From the NCBI GenBank assembly GCA_947625965.1, contig CANQQO010000001.1:60596-124595 (forward strand): 64,000 bases of DNA. Direction: 5' to 3'. The translations under genes and the position numbers were made by a program. The notes under the pieces are model-generated. The model was not told the origin of the DNA. It did not search any database and saw nothing but the letters and a program-made list of their open reading frames with translations. Numbering within the stretch: the first letter of the stretch is position 1; each line of letters starts with the position of its first letter. Shown here in pieces: positions 1 through 9,193 of this stretch. Source of the stretch: an uncultured Oscillospiraceae bacterium (GTDB taxonomy: Bacteria > Bacillota > Clostridia > Oscillospirales > Oscillospiraceae).

Positions 1-29
1 ATCACAAGATCTTCCAGGAGGTGCTTTCC

Positions 30-206
30 ATGAAAAAGTCTGTTGCTTACCGACTTCCCGCCTACGCCGCTCCCCCTAGGGAGCCCATTCCCTTTCCCAA
101 CGCGGCCCCCAAGGTGAAGTGGAGCCAGCGGCTCCTGAATGGGGCGCTGATGGCCGCCACCGCCGCCTCCGCCGCGGCGATCGTGGCGTTTCTATTGGTG
201 CTGTAG
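30..206 (+). CDS. small hypothetical tail-anchored membrane protein (58 aa)
   Basis: AGGAGG at 16-21 sits 8 nt before the ATG at 30. The N-part is Pro/Ala-rich and the C-terminus is one hydrophobic helix (ALMAATAASAAAIVAFLLVL). No family recognised. Confidence 0.45.
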   Translation: MKKSVAYRLPAYAAPPREPIPFPNAAPKVKWSQRLLNGALMAATAASAAAIVAFLLVL

Positions 207-231
207 GGAGCCGCAGGGGGCTCCGGCGCGG

Positions 232-1002
232 CTAGCCCCGCCGATTCTCCCGGTAGAGGAAGAGCAGGCCCTTGAGGACCAGGTCCTTGTCGTAGACGAT
301 GGGGGTGGCGCAGAGGGGAATGATGAACTGGGCGATGCCGCCGGTGGCGATGACTGTGGCCTTCTGCCCCAGCTCCGCCTCCATCCGGGCCACCATCCCG
401 TCCAGCATGAAGGCCGCACCCAGCAGCACCCCGCTTCGCATGGCGTCCACCGTGTTCCGGCCAATGGCCTTCTTGGGCTTGTCCAGTTGGATGCCGGGAA
501 GGAGGGCGGTGCGCTCCATCAGGGCGTCCAGGGAGATCTGGACCCCGGGGCAGATGCAGCCGCCGATGTGGGCCCCGTTCTTGTCCAGCACGGAAATGGT
601 GGTGGCGGTGCCCATATCGATCAGGATCAGGGGCGGCTTGTGGGTCCGCAGGGCCGCCACGTCCGCCGCCACCAGGTCCGCCCCGGTCTGGCCCGGGTTT
701 TCCAGCAGCAGATTGAGCCCGGTCTTGAGACCGGGACCCACCACGAGGGCGTGCTTTCCCGTCAGCTTATAGATGGCGCTGCGGATATTATTGAGGACCT
801 GGGGCACCACGCTGGCAATGATGGCCCCCTCGATCTGATCCGGGGAAATGTCGTTGACATCCAGCAGGATCTTCAGATCCACGCAGAACTGGTCCGAGGT
901 CTTCCTTGTCTCGGTCTGAAGACGAGCCTGGAAACAGAGGTCGTCCTCCCGGAAGCCCCCCAGGACGATGTGAGAATTGCCGATATCCACTGTCAGGATC
1001 AT
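232..1002 (-). CDS. coaX: type III pantothenate kinase
   Basis: Begins MILTVDIGNSHIVLGGF with GGAGGAG upstream. Later motifs IDMGTATT and ATGG are typical of CoaX. The longer ORF to 1143 lacks an RBS and overlaps the upstream gene. Confidence 0.9.
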   Translation of the reverse strand: MILTVDIGNSHIVLGGFREDDLCFQARLQTETRKTSDQFCVDLKILLDVNDISPDQIEGAIIASVVPQVLNNIRSAIYKLTGKHALVVGPGLKTGLNLLLENPGQTGADLVAADVAALRTHKPPLILIDMGTATTISVLDKNGAHIGGCICPGVQISLDALMERTALLPGIQLDKPKKAIGRNTVDAMRSGVLLGAAFMLDGMVARMEAELGQKATVIATGGIAQFIIPLCATPIVYDKDLVLKGLLFLYRENRRG

Positions 1003-1493
1003 GGGATCTCCTCCAATTCCGTGTGAGACAGCACCCGGCAGCTTACGATCCTGCCCTCCGCCGTCTCGATGAGCCCCGCCGTGCCGGAAAAGCCGCAGCT
1101 CCCGGGATTCAGGACCCAGAGCCCGTCCTCCTCCCGGCGGCACAGGGGCGTGTGGGTGTGGCCGAAGAGCACCGCCTGGGCCCCGGCCTCCCGGGCGTCC
1201 CGCAGGAGAGCGTCCAGGCCCAGCTTCACGCGCTGCTTATGGCCGTGGGTCATGTAGAGCTTCACCCCGCCCACGGGGCAGCACAGGCTCAGGGCCGCCG
1301 TGTCCGGCACCCGGTAGGCGTCACAGTTGCCGGGGACTTGGTGGACCTCCAGGTGGGGATTTTCCTCGGCGATGACCTGGCCATCGGCGTAGTAATCCCC
1401 CAGATGGACCACCGCGTCGGGCCGCGTCGCCTTCACGAACAGACGCATGGTGCGAAGCACCGAATGGGAGTCGGACAGGATCAAAATACGCAT
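999..1493 (-). CDS. YfcE/MJ0936-family metallophosphoesterase
   Basis: MRILILSDSHS...VVHLGDY...GNCD...HGH...GHTH metallophosphoesterase motif series. 4-nt overlap with the coaX start. Confidence 0.85.
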   Translation of the reverse strand: MRILILSDSHSVLRTMRLFVKATRPDAVVHLGDYYADGQVIAEENPHLEVHQVPGNCDAYRVPDTAALSLCCPVGGVKLYMTHGHKQRVKLGLDALLRDAREAGAQAVLFGHTHTPLCRREEDGLWVLNPGSCGFSGTAGLIETAEGRIVSCRVLSHTELEEIP

Positions 1494-1552
1494 GGGTCGC
1501 GCCCCCTTTCTTTTCCACTAGTATATCACGTTCTTCCGCCCCGCGCAATCCC

Positions 1553-1588
1553 AAAATAAAAACCGGCGCCGCTTATACGCGGCGCCGG
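1553..1588 (-). terminator. intrinsic terminator downstream of rpmB
   Basis: On the minus strand: CCGGCGCCGC-gtataa-GCGGCGCCGG followed by TTTTTATTTT. Confidence 0.8.
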
Positions 1589-1600
1589 AGCGGCAGCAGA

Positions 1601-1789
1601 TCAAATCGCACGCTGGACCTTGTTGGAACGAAGGCATCTGGTACAAGCGTACACATGGCACGGCGTTCCATTGACGATGGCCTTGACGCGCTTGACGTTG
1701 GGCTTCCAAGCCCGGTTGGAGCGCCGATGGGAGTGAGAGACCTTGATCCCGAAGGTCACACCCTTGCCGCAATAATCACACTTTGCCAT
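1601..1789 (-). CDS. rpmB: 50S ribosomal protein L28
   Basis: MAKCDYCGKGVTFGIKVSHSHRRSNRAWKPNVKRV is the L28 signature. GGAGGTG RBS upstream. Confidence 0.95.
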   Translation of the reverse strand: MAKCDYCGKGVTFGIKVSHSHRRSNRAWKPNVKRVKAIVNGTPCHVYACTRCLRSNKVQRAI

Positions 1790-1912
1790 TCCCGCACCTC
1801 CTATCCCTGTGGCGATTGGCTGCGCTTTCGCAAAGCGCCCTAGTATGATACCAAACATTTCCGAAAAAAGCAAGTCTTTTTTTACAAAAAAATTCTTTTT
1901 TTGAAATTTGGA

Positions 1913-1941
1913 TTGCTATTTGCCCGCCCAGAAGGTATAAT
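1913..1941 (+). promoter_or_regulatory. sigma-A type promoter for hprK
   Basis: TTGCTA (1913-1918), 17-nt spacer, TATAAT (1936-1941). Confidence 0.6.
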
Positions 1942-2004
1942 AGCCCCGGATGGCGGCGCTTTTTTCCGCGCCGCAAGGTATTTTCCACGAAAGGACGGCT
2001 TGCC

Positions 2005-2958
2005 ATGGTAGAGACCTACAGTGTTCCTCTGAAAACTCTGGTCCAGGCGTTTCATCTGGAGGTGGTCCGGGCCGCCACGGACTACGGCGCCATTCGGCTG
2101 ACGGTGGAGGACGTGGCCAGGCCGGGACTCCAATTGGCGGGGTATTTTGACCACTTCGAGCCCATGCGGCTGCAGGTCATCGGCAACGTGGAGGCCAGCT
2201 ACCTGCGGAAGCTCTCCGCCACGGAGCGGAGCCTGACCCTGGACCGGCTCTTTTCCTATAAATTCCCGGCCCTGCTCCTGAGCCGGAACCTGGTGCCGGG
2301 GCGGGAGCTGCTGGCGGTGGCGGAGAAACACAACGTCACCGTTCTGCGGAGCCCCGAGGCCACCAGCACCATTGTCTCCGCCATCATCGCCTATCTCAAG
2401 GCGGCCCTGGCCCCCCGGATCACCCGCCACGGGGTCCTGATGGAGGTCTACGGCGAGGGCGTCCTCCTGGTGGGGGACAGCGGCATCGGCAAGAGCGAGG
2501 CCGCCGTGGAGCTGGTGAAGCGGGGCCACCGGCTCATCGCCGACGACGCCATAGAGATCCGGAAGATCTCCGAGACCTCCCTGGTGGGCACCGCCCCGGA
2601 GCTGATCCGCAACTACATCGAGCTCAGGGGCATCGGCATCATCAACGTGGCCACGCTGTTCGGCGTGGGCGCCATTAAATTGGAGAACGAGATCAACCTG
2701 GTGGTGAACGTGGTGCCATGGAACAGCCAGGATGTCTACGACCGGCTGGGCCTGGAGGATCAGTACATGGACATCCTGGGGGTCAAGGTCCCCATGAACA
2801 CCATTCCCATCACCCCGGGGCGGAACCTTGCCATCATTTTGGAGGTGGCGGCCATGAACAACCGCCAGCGGAAGATGGGCTACAACGCCGCCCAGGAGTT
2901 TACGGAGCAGATCAACCGGCACTTTGACCGGGACATCGGAAAGACGCTTTTGGAATGA
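2005..2958 (+). CDS. hprK: HPr kinase/phosphorylase
   Basis: GVLLVGDSGIGKSEAAVELVKRGHRLIADD P-loop and signature. Length 317 aa. Confidence 0.95.
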   Translation: MVETYSVPLKTLVQAFHLEVVRAATDYGAIRLTVEDVARPGLQLAGYFDHFEPMRLQVIGNVEASYLRKLSATERSLTLDRLFSYKFPALLLSRNLVPGRELLAVAEKHNVTVLRSPEATSTIVSAIIAYLKAALAPRITRHGVLMEVYGEGVLLVGDSGIGKSEAAVELVKRGHRLIADDAIEIRKISETSLVGTAPELIRNYIELRGIGIINVATLFGVGAIKLENEINLVVNVVPWNSQDVYDRLGLEDQYMDILGVKVPMNTIPITPGRNLAIILEVAAMNNRQRKMGYNAAQEFTEQINRHFDRDIGKTLLE

Positions 2959-3923
2959 AGGAACTGACCATCGGCCCCAACGACGCGGGGCAGCGCCTGG
3001 ACCGCTTTCTGGCAAAGGCGGTGCCGCTGCTGCCGGCGTCTCTGGCGCAGAAATACATCCGCCTGAAGCGGATCAAGCGCAACGGCGCCCGGGCGGAGCG
3101 GGACACCCGCCTGGAGGCGGGGGACGTCCTCCAGCTCTATATCAACGACGAATTTTTCGACACGCCCCGGCAGGAGAACGCCTATCTCACCGTGGTCAAG
3201 CCCCGGCTCACCATCGTCTACGAGGATGACAACCTCCTTCTGGCGGATAAGCGGCCGGGGCTGGCGGTCCATCCCCACGACGGGGCGGAGTATGGCCGGA
3301 CCCTGATCGATCAGATCCAGGCATACCTGTACCAGAAGGGGGAGTGGCGGCCAGGCCGGGAAAACGCCTTCGCCCCGGCGCTGTGCAACCGGATCGACCG
3401 AAACACCGGCGGCATCGTCATCGCGGCGAAAAACGCCGAGGCCCTCCGGATCCTGAATCAGAAGATCCGGGACCGGGAACTGGAAAAGACCTATCTTGCC
3501 ATAGTGGAGGGGACCCCCAGGCCCAGGGAGGGCGCCCTGACGGGCTTTTTGTTCAAGGACGCGGTGAAGAACCGGGTCTTCGTCACGGACCGGCCTCAGC
3601 CCGGGGCCAAGACCTGCCGGACGGACTACCGGGTCCTGGAGAGCCGGAACGGGCTGTCTCTGGTGGAGTGCCGGCTGATCACAGGCCGGACTCATCAGAT
3701 CCGGGCCCAGTTCGCCCACGCCGGCCACCCCCTTCTGGGGGATGGGAAGTACGGAAAGCTGGACAAAAAATACGGCCGCAGCTATCAGGCCCTCTACGCC
3801 TACCGCCTGGGCTTCCGCTTCACAAGCGACGGGGGCCTCCTCCAATACCTGGACGGGAAGACCTTCCAGGTGGCGCGGGTGGACTTCGTGGAGGAGTATT
3901 TCCCGGAAAGGAAAACCGAATGA
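2955..3923 (+). CDS. RluA-family 23S rRNA pseudouridine synthase with S4 domain
   Basis: N-terminal S4-like region (RLDRFLAK). Catalytic NRIDRNTGGIV and HQIRAQFAHAGHPLLGDGKYG. ATGA overlap with hprK. Confidence 0.9.
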   Translation: MKELTIGPNDAGQRLDRFLAKAVPLLPASLAQKYIRLKRIKRNGARAERDTRLEAGDVLQLYINDEFFDTPRQENAYLTVVKPRLTIVYEDDNLLLADKRPGLAVHPHDGAEYGRTLIDQIQAYLYQKGEWRPGRENAFAPALCNRIDRNTGGIVIAAKNAEALRILNQKIRDRELEKTYLAIVEGTPRPREGALTGFLFKDAVKNRVFVTDRPQPGAKTCRTDYRVLESRNGLSLVECRLITGRTHQIRAQFAHAGHPLLGDGKYGKLDKKYGRSYQALYAYRLGFRFTSDGGLLQYLDGKTFQVARVDFVEEYFPERKTE

Positions 3924-4618
3924 TCTATCACATCGCGGTCTGTGACGATTCCCCGGCGGACCGGGAGCTGCTCAGCTCCCTGGCGGGGGAGTGGGCCTCC
4001 CGGCGGGGCCACACCCTCCGGCTGGCGGCCTACCCCTCCGCAGAGGCGTTTGTCTTTGCCTACGCGGAGGACCCGGAGTGGGATATGCTGCTGCTGGACA
4101 TCGAGATGGGCGGCCTGGACGGGGTGGCCCTGGCCCGCCGGGTCCGGCGGGAAAATGAGGCGGTGCAGATCGTCTTCGTCACGGGCTACTCCGAATATCT
4201 GGAGGAGGGCTACGACGTGGAGGCCCTCCACTATCTGATGAAGCCGGTGAAGCCGGAGAAGCTCTTCGCCGTCCTGGACCGGGCGGCGGAGAAACGGCGG
4301 AAGGCCGACCGGGCGCTGTCCCTGGACCTGGGGGACGAGACGGTGCGCCTGCCCCTGAGCCGTATCCGCTATGCCGATGTGCGGTCCAACTACGTCACCG
4401 TCCACGCCGGCAGGGACTATACGGTGAAGATGCCCCTGGGCGAGCTGGAAAAGGCCCTGGGGGAGGGCTTTTTCCGGGTGGGCCGGTCCGCCGTCGTGAA
4501 TCTGCGGCAGGTGGCCCGGGTGACCCGGACGGAGCTCTTTCTCACCGACGGCACCACCGTCCCCCTGCCCCGGGGGGCCTATGAGAAGGTCAACCGGGCC
4601 ATCATCGAACTGAGGTGA
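3920..4618 (+). CDS. LytTR-family two-component response regulator
   Basis: Receiver domain (MIYHIAVCDDS...LLLDIEM) plus C-terminal LytTR DNA-binding region (RIRYADVRSNYVTVH...FFRVGRSAVVNL). The ATG overlaps the rluA-family stop (ATGA). Confidence 0.9.
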   Translation: MIYHIAVCDDSPADRELLSSLAGEWASRRGHTLRLAAYPSAEAFVFAYAEDPEWDMLLLDIEMGGLDGVALARRVRRENEAVQIVFVTGYSEYLEEGYDVEALHYLMKPVKPEKLFAVLDRAAEKRRKADRALSLDLGDETVRLPLSRIRYADVRSNYVTVHAGRDYTVKMPLGELEKALGEGFFRVGRSAVVNLRQVARVTRTELFLTDGTTVPLPRGAYEKVNRAIIELR

Positions 4619-4622
4619 AGCA

Positions 4623-5285
4623 ATGGGCATTTTGACGCGCCGGATGGACGCCCTGGCGGCCTACCAGCGGGAGCTGGTGGAGACCCACTACGCCGAGGTG
4701 GAGAACATGTATCGGCAGATCCGGGGCTGGCGCCACGACTATCGAAACCACATCCAGGTCATGAAGGCCTACGCCGCCCGGGGGGACCTGGACGCCCTCC
4801 GCCGCTATCTGGACGAGCTGGACACGGACCTGGCCACTGTGGACACCGTGGTCAAGACCGGCAACCCCATGACCGACGCCATCTTAAATTCCAAGATCAA
4901 CCTGGCCCGCTCCAAGGGCATCCAGGTCCGGGCCGACGCCAGCATCCCCGTGAAGCTGGGCATTTCCGAGCTGGATCTGTGCTGTATTCTGGGCAATCTC
5001 TTCGACAACGCCATCGAGGCCAGCCAGCTCTTGCCCGAGGAGAGGCGGCAGATCCGGGTGTACATGGATATGAAGGGCCGGCAGCTCTACATCTCCTTCA
5101 CCAATTTCACCGCCGGGGGCAAGCTCCCCAAGCGCCAGGGCCGCTTCGCCTCCACCAAGGGCGCGGGCCGGGGCCTGGGGCTCCTGCGGATGGACGACAT
5201 TGTGGAGAAGCTGGGCGGTTACCTCCGCCGGAACAGCGAGGAGGGGGCCTTCACTACGGAGATCCTGCTCCCCCAAAGGCTATAG
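4623..5285 (+). CDS. GHKL/AgrC-type histidine kinase core without transmembrane region (220 aa)
   Basis: Candidate phospho-His region GWRHDYRNH. N-box GNLFDNAIEA and G-box GRGLGL. No hydrophobic segments. Starts 4 nt after the regulator stop. Confidence 0.8.
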   Translation: MGILTRRMDALAAYQRELVETHYAEVENMYRQIRGWRHDYRNHIQVMKAYAARGDLDALRRYLDELDTDLATVDTVVKTGNPMTDAILNSKINLARSKGIQVRADASIPVKLGISELDLCCILGNLFDNAIEASQLLPEERRQIRVYMDMKGRQLYISFTNFTAGGKLPKRQGRFASTKGAGRGLGLLRMDDIVEKLGGYLRRNSEEGAFTTEILLPQRL

Positions 5286-5291
5286 GCCGCA

Positions 5292-5356
5292 ATTCGTCCC
5301 CCAAAAGCAACGATTCGTCCCCCGATCGCCCCATCGGGGGATTTTTGTGCTACAAT
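5292..5356 (+). promoter_or_regulatory. candidate LytTR operator (two direct repeats) plus extended -10 promoter for the ABC pair
   Basis: ATTCGTCCCCC at 5292-5302 and again at 5313-5323 (21-bp phasing). TGcTACAAT with the hexamer at 5351-5356. A CCCCGAT/ATCGGGG hairpin followed by TTTTT lies between them. Confidence 0.55.
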
Positions 5357-5377
5357 GGGGCAAAAGGAGGGATCCGA

Positions 5378-7189
5378 ATGAGATCCAAGGAAAAACCAAA
5401 ATACGGCTGGGCGAGCTGCCTGGGCTTCATGCTGGGAACGGCCTGGCGGACCCGGAAGCGGGTGCCGTTCGTGTGCCTGCTGCTGGCCTGCCTGCGGACG
5501 GGACAGTCTCTGGTCCAGCTCTTCCTGGGGCCGGAGATCCTTCGCCGGGTGGAGACGGCGGCGCCGCTGCCGGAGCTGCTGGGGGCGGTGGGGCTTTTCA
5601 CCCTGGGACTGCTGCTGCTCTCCGGGGTGGTCAAATATGTGGACGGCATCACGCCCTGGAGCCGGGCCGATGTCCGGTCCAGCCTGGTCCTGGACGCGAA
5701 TGACAAGAGCTGTACCACCTCCTACGCCAACACCCTGGACCCGGTGTTCCAACGGCTGCAAAGGAAGGCGGAATACGCCATGGACGGCGACAGCGAGGCC
5801 ACGCAGCACATCTGGACCACCTTGACGGACCTTTTGAACACGGTCCTGGGCTTTTGCGTCTATTTGCTGCTGCTGCGGGATCTGGAGCCATGGCTCCTGG
5901 TTTCGGTGACGGTCACGGCGGCGGCGGGCTTCTTCGCCACCCTTCGGGTCCAGGCGTGGGAGCAGGCCCACCGGCGGGAGTCGGAGGGGTATTTTGCCAA
6001 GCTGGCCTACCTCTACGAAACGGCCCGGTCCCCCCGGGTCGCCAAGGACGTCCGCATCTTCGGCCTGAAGTCCTGGCTGGACCAGATCTGTGAACGGGTC
6101 CTTATGCTCGTGGACGGCTTCCTGAGCCGCCGGGAGAGGGCGCATCTCCTGGGCAGTCTGGCGGCGGTGGTCCTGACGCTGGCCAGAAACGGCCTGGCCT
6201 ATTTCGTACTGCTGCGCCTTGCCCTGGAGGGGAAGCTGTCGGCGGCGGAATTCCTGCTCTATTTCACGGCGGTGACGGAGTTCACCGGCTGGATCACGAC
6301 CTTCCTGGAGCGCTGCGCGGAGCTGCGCCGGGAGTGCCTGGACATCTCCGCCGTCCGGGAGTTCCTGGACTGGCCGGAGCCCTTCCGCTTCGGCGCCGGC
6401 GCGGCCATCCCGGAGCGGGCGGACGGCTGTGAGCTGCGGCTGGAGAAGGTGTCCTACCGCTACCCCGGCGCGGAGCGTGACACCATCCATTCCATGGACC
6501 TGACCATCCGCCCCGGGGAAAAGCTGGCCATCGTGGGGCTGAACGGGGCGGGCAAGACCACCCTGGTCAAGCTCCTGTGCGGGTTCCTGGACCCCACGGA
6601 GGGGGTGGTCCGCTACAATGGCGTGGACATCCGGGAATTTGACCGGCGGGAATACTATCACCGCTTCTCCGCCGTGTTCCAGGAGTTCTCCGTCCTGGAC
6701 GTGACGGTGGCGGAGAACGTGGCCCAGCGGACGGAGGATATCGACCGGGCCCGGGTGGCGGACTGCCTGGAAAAGGCCGGACTCACCGAAGCCGTGGCGG
6801 CCCTGCCCCAGGGAATGGACACCCATGTGGGCAGGAAGGTGTACCTGGACGGAGTGGAGTTCTCCGGCGGACAGACCCAGCGGCTGATGCTGGCCCGGGC
6901 CCTTTACAGGGACGGGGCGGTGCTGGTGCTGGACGAGCCCACGGCGGCCCTGGACCCCATTGCCGAGGACGATATTTACCGCAAGTACAGCGCCATGACC
7001 GCCGGGAAGACCTCGGTGTTCATCTCCCACCGCCTGGCCTCCACCCGCTTCTGCGACCGTATTCTGTTCCTGGCGGACGGGCAGATCGCCGAGGAGGGGA
7101 CCCACGAGGCCCTTCTTGCCCAGGGCGGGGGCTACGCGGAGCTTTTCGAGATCCAGAGCCGGTACTACCGGGAGGGGAGGCATTTTTGA
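5378..7189 (+). CDS. ABC exporter, fused permease/ATP-binding subunit
   Basis: Starts MRSKEKPKYGW after AAAGGAGG. Six-helix membrane domain, Walker A GLNGAGKTT, signature FSGGQTQR, Walker B LVLDEPT. Confidence 0.9.
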   Translation: MRSKEKPKYGWASCLGFMLGTAWRTRKRVPFVCLLLACLRTGQSLVQLFLGPEILRRVETAAPLPELLGAVGLFTLGLLLLSGVVKYVDGITPWSRADVRSSLVLDANDKSCTTSYANTLDPVFQRLQRKAEYAMDGDSEATQHIWTTLTDLLNTVLGFCVYLLLLRDLEPWLLVSVTVTAAAGFFATLRVQAWEQAHRRESEGYFAKLAYLYETARSPRVAKDVRIFGLKSWLDQICERVLMLVDGFLSRRERAHLLGSLAAVVLTLARNGLAYFVLLRLALEGKLSAAEFLLYFTAVTEFTGWITTFLERCAELRRECLDISAVREFLDWPEPFRFGAGAAIPERADGCELRLEKVSYRYPGAERDTIHSMDLTIRPGEKLAIVGLNGAGKTTLVKLLCGFLDPTEGVVRYNGVDIREFDRREYYHRFSAVFQEFSVLDVTVAENVAQRTEDIDRARVADCLEKAGLTEAVAALPQGMDTHVGRKVYLDGVEFSGGQTQRLMLARALYRDGAVLVLDEPTAALDPIAEDDIYRKYSAMTAGKTSVFISHRLASTRFCDRILFLADGQIAEEGTHEALLAQGGGYAELFEIQSRYYREGRHF

Positions 7190-9066
7190 TGGAAAAGACA
7201 AAAGACCCCGGCTTCCGGGAGACCTGGCGGAACTTCCGGCGGGGACTGGGGCTGCTTCGGCCCTACGCGCCGGGCCTGTATGGGGCCATGATCGCTCTGG
7301 CGGTCATCCAGGCGGCGACGCCCTACGTGACGGTGTTTTTCTCTGCCCAGGTCCTGTCCGAGCTGGCGCTCCGGCGGCGGCCGGAGGTACTGGCAGGCTG
7401 GGCCGCCGCGACGGTGGCGGCGGAGGCGCTCCTGGCCCTGCTCCGGGCGGCGGCCGCTCACCGGCGGAACGCCCGATATAGCCACTTTGCCTTCAACCGG
7501 GATCGGATCTATCTGGACAAGCTGCTGACCATGGACTTTGAGGTCATGGAAAAGCGGGAGACCCGGGACCTCTATGCCCAGATCCAGCAGAACGCCCAGT
7601 GGGCGGGTTTGGGACTTTTTCAGCTCCCGGAGCTGTTTGAAACGCTGCTGCGGGACGCAATCGGCGTGCTGAGCGCCGTGGCCCTCTGCGCCGGACTGTT
7701 TCTCAGCCGGGTCCCGGCCTCCGCCGGGGCGCTGACGGCCCTGGACGGCCCCCTGGGGCTTCTGGGCCTGGCGGCGGGGGTGCTGATCCCCACGATCCTG
7801 GGCCCCTGGCTCCTGGGCAGGGCCCTGATCCTGTCCCGGGGCCCCACGGTCAGCGAAGAGGCCCGACTGGGCAATCGAATCTTCGGCGCCTTCGGCTTTC
7901 TGTTCTATGATTCCTTCCGAGCCCTGGACGTGCGGATGTATGAGCAGCAGGTCATCGCCAGGAAGCATATGAAGGAACGCAAGACCTTCTCCGCTGACGG
8001 CCCCCTCGCTGCCCTGGAGGCCACGGTGAGCGGCCCTCTGAGCGGCCTCGCCGAAGGTCTGTCCGCCATTGCCACGGGGGCGGTGTACCTCTACGTCTGC
8101 CTGAAAGCCTGGGCAGGGGCCTTCGGCGTAGGGCCGGCGGCCCAGTATATCGGGGCGGCGACGGCCCTGACCGGGAACCTCCGGGGCCTGCTGGACACCT
8201 ATTCCCAGATGCGCCACAGTTTGCTCTATGTAGATCTGAGCTTTGCGTTTCTGGACATCCCCAACGCCATGTATCAGGGCAGTCTGACCACGGAAAAGCG
8301 AGCGGACCGGCAGTATGACGTGGAGTTCCGGGATGTGTCCTTCCGCTATCCCGGCACGGACGCCTGGGCCCTGCGCCATGTGGATCTCAAATTCCGGGTG
8401 GGCAAACGCCTGGCGGTGGTGGGGGAGAACGGCAGCGGCAAGACCACCTTCATCAAGCTCCTGTGCCGCCTCTACGACCCCCAGGAGGGCCAGATCTTGC
8501 TCAACGGCATTGATATCCGCAAATACGATCTTCAGGACTATATGGCCATTTTCTCCGTGGTGTTCCAGGACTTTCAACTCCTGTCCCAGCCCTTGGGGGC
8601 CAATGTGGCGGGCACGGCGGACTATGACCCCGTCCGGGCGGAAAAGGCCCTGACCGACGCCGGCTTTTCCGACCGGCTGGCGGAGCTTTCCGAGGGCCTG
8701 GACACCCAGCTCTACCGGGATTTTGACGGCGAGGGGGTGCTTCTCTCCGGCGGCGAGGCCCAGAAGGTGGCCATTGCGCGGGCGTTGTACAAAAACGCGC
8801 CCTTTATCGTCCTGGACGAGCCCACGGCGGCCCTGGACCCCATGGCCGAGGCGGAGATCTATTCCAAGTTCAACGACATCGCCGGGGATAGGACGGCGGT
8901 CTATATCAGCCACCGCCTCTCCTCCTGCCGCTTCTGCGACGAGATCCTGGTCTTCGACCACGGGCGGATCGTCCAGCGGGGGACTCACGATGCTCTGTTG
9001 GAGACGGAGGGCAAGTACCGCTCCCTCTGGCACGCCCAGGCCCAGTATTACGAGGAGCGGCAATAA
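7186..9066 (+). CDS. ABC exporter, fused permease/ATP-binding subunit (partner)
   Basis: ATGA overlap with the previous gene. GENGSGKTT, LSGGEAQK, IVLDEPT. Confidence 0.9.
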   Translation: MMEKTKDPGFRETWRNFRRGLGLLRPYAPGLYGAMIALAVIQAATPYVTVFFSAQVLSELALRRRPEVLAGWAAATVAAEALLALLRAAAAHRRNARYSHFAFNRDRIYLDKLLTMDFEVMEKRETRDLYAQIQQNAQWAGLGLFQLPELFETLLRDAIGVLSAVALCAGLFLSRVPASAGALTALDGPLGLLGLAAGVLIPTILGPWLLGRALILSRGPTVSEEARLGNRIFGAFGFLFYDSFRALDVRMYEQQVIARKHMKERKTFSADGPLAALEATVSGPLSGLAEGLSAIATGAVYLYVCLKAWAGAFGVGPAAQYIGAATALTGNLRGLLDTYSQMRHSLLYVDLSFAFLDIPNAMYQGSLTTEKRADRQYDVEFRDVSFRYPGTDAWALRHVDLKFRVGKRLAVVGENGSGKTTFIKLLCRLYDPQEGQILLNGIDIRKYDLQDYMAIFSVVFQDFQLLSQPLGANVAGTADYDPVRAEKALTDAGFSDRLAELSEGLDTQLYRDFDGEGVLLSGGEAQKVAIARALYKNAPFIVLDEPTAALDPMAEAEIYSKFNDIAGDRTAVYISHRLSSCRFCDEILVFDHGRIVQRGTHDALLETEGKYRSLWHAQAQYYEERQ

Positions 9067-9193
9067 CGCCGGCCCCCCGGCGGCCGGAGCGTGGGCCGCT
9101 TTCGCATAAAATCCTCCCCGCGCTGAAAGGCGCGGGGAGAGTTGTATGTAACCCCCGTCGGGGCTTTTTGACGGTTTGCCGGCGGTTGGCCGG

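Noticed and set aside
1882-3015. Long antisense ORFs opposite well-supported genes (also 5219-7201, 7165-9063, 9176-10225, 13980-15167, 15448-16716, 19563-20825, 20605-21810, 21404-22861, 22750-23871, 23703-24644, 24880-25998, 26101-27096, 38036-39376, 44189-45448, 48387-49565, 60315-61217, 61544-62542, 62592-63830)
   Set aside because: All show Arg/Gly/Pro/Ala-rich composition typical of the wrong frame or strand in high-GC DNA. They lack RBS and motifs. Each is fully covered by a gene with clear family signatures on the other strand.
3344-4618. N-terminally extended versions of real genes (424-aa ORF at 3344, 736-aa ORF at 4979, 1234-aa ORF at 37544, and similar extensions at 232-1143, 1601-1873, 20527-21792, 48486-49622)
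   Set aside because: The extensions overlap the preceding gene out of frame and are compositionally junk. Internal ATGs with good RBS coincide with the conserved N-termini of the respective families.
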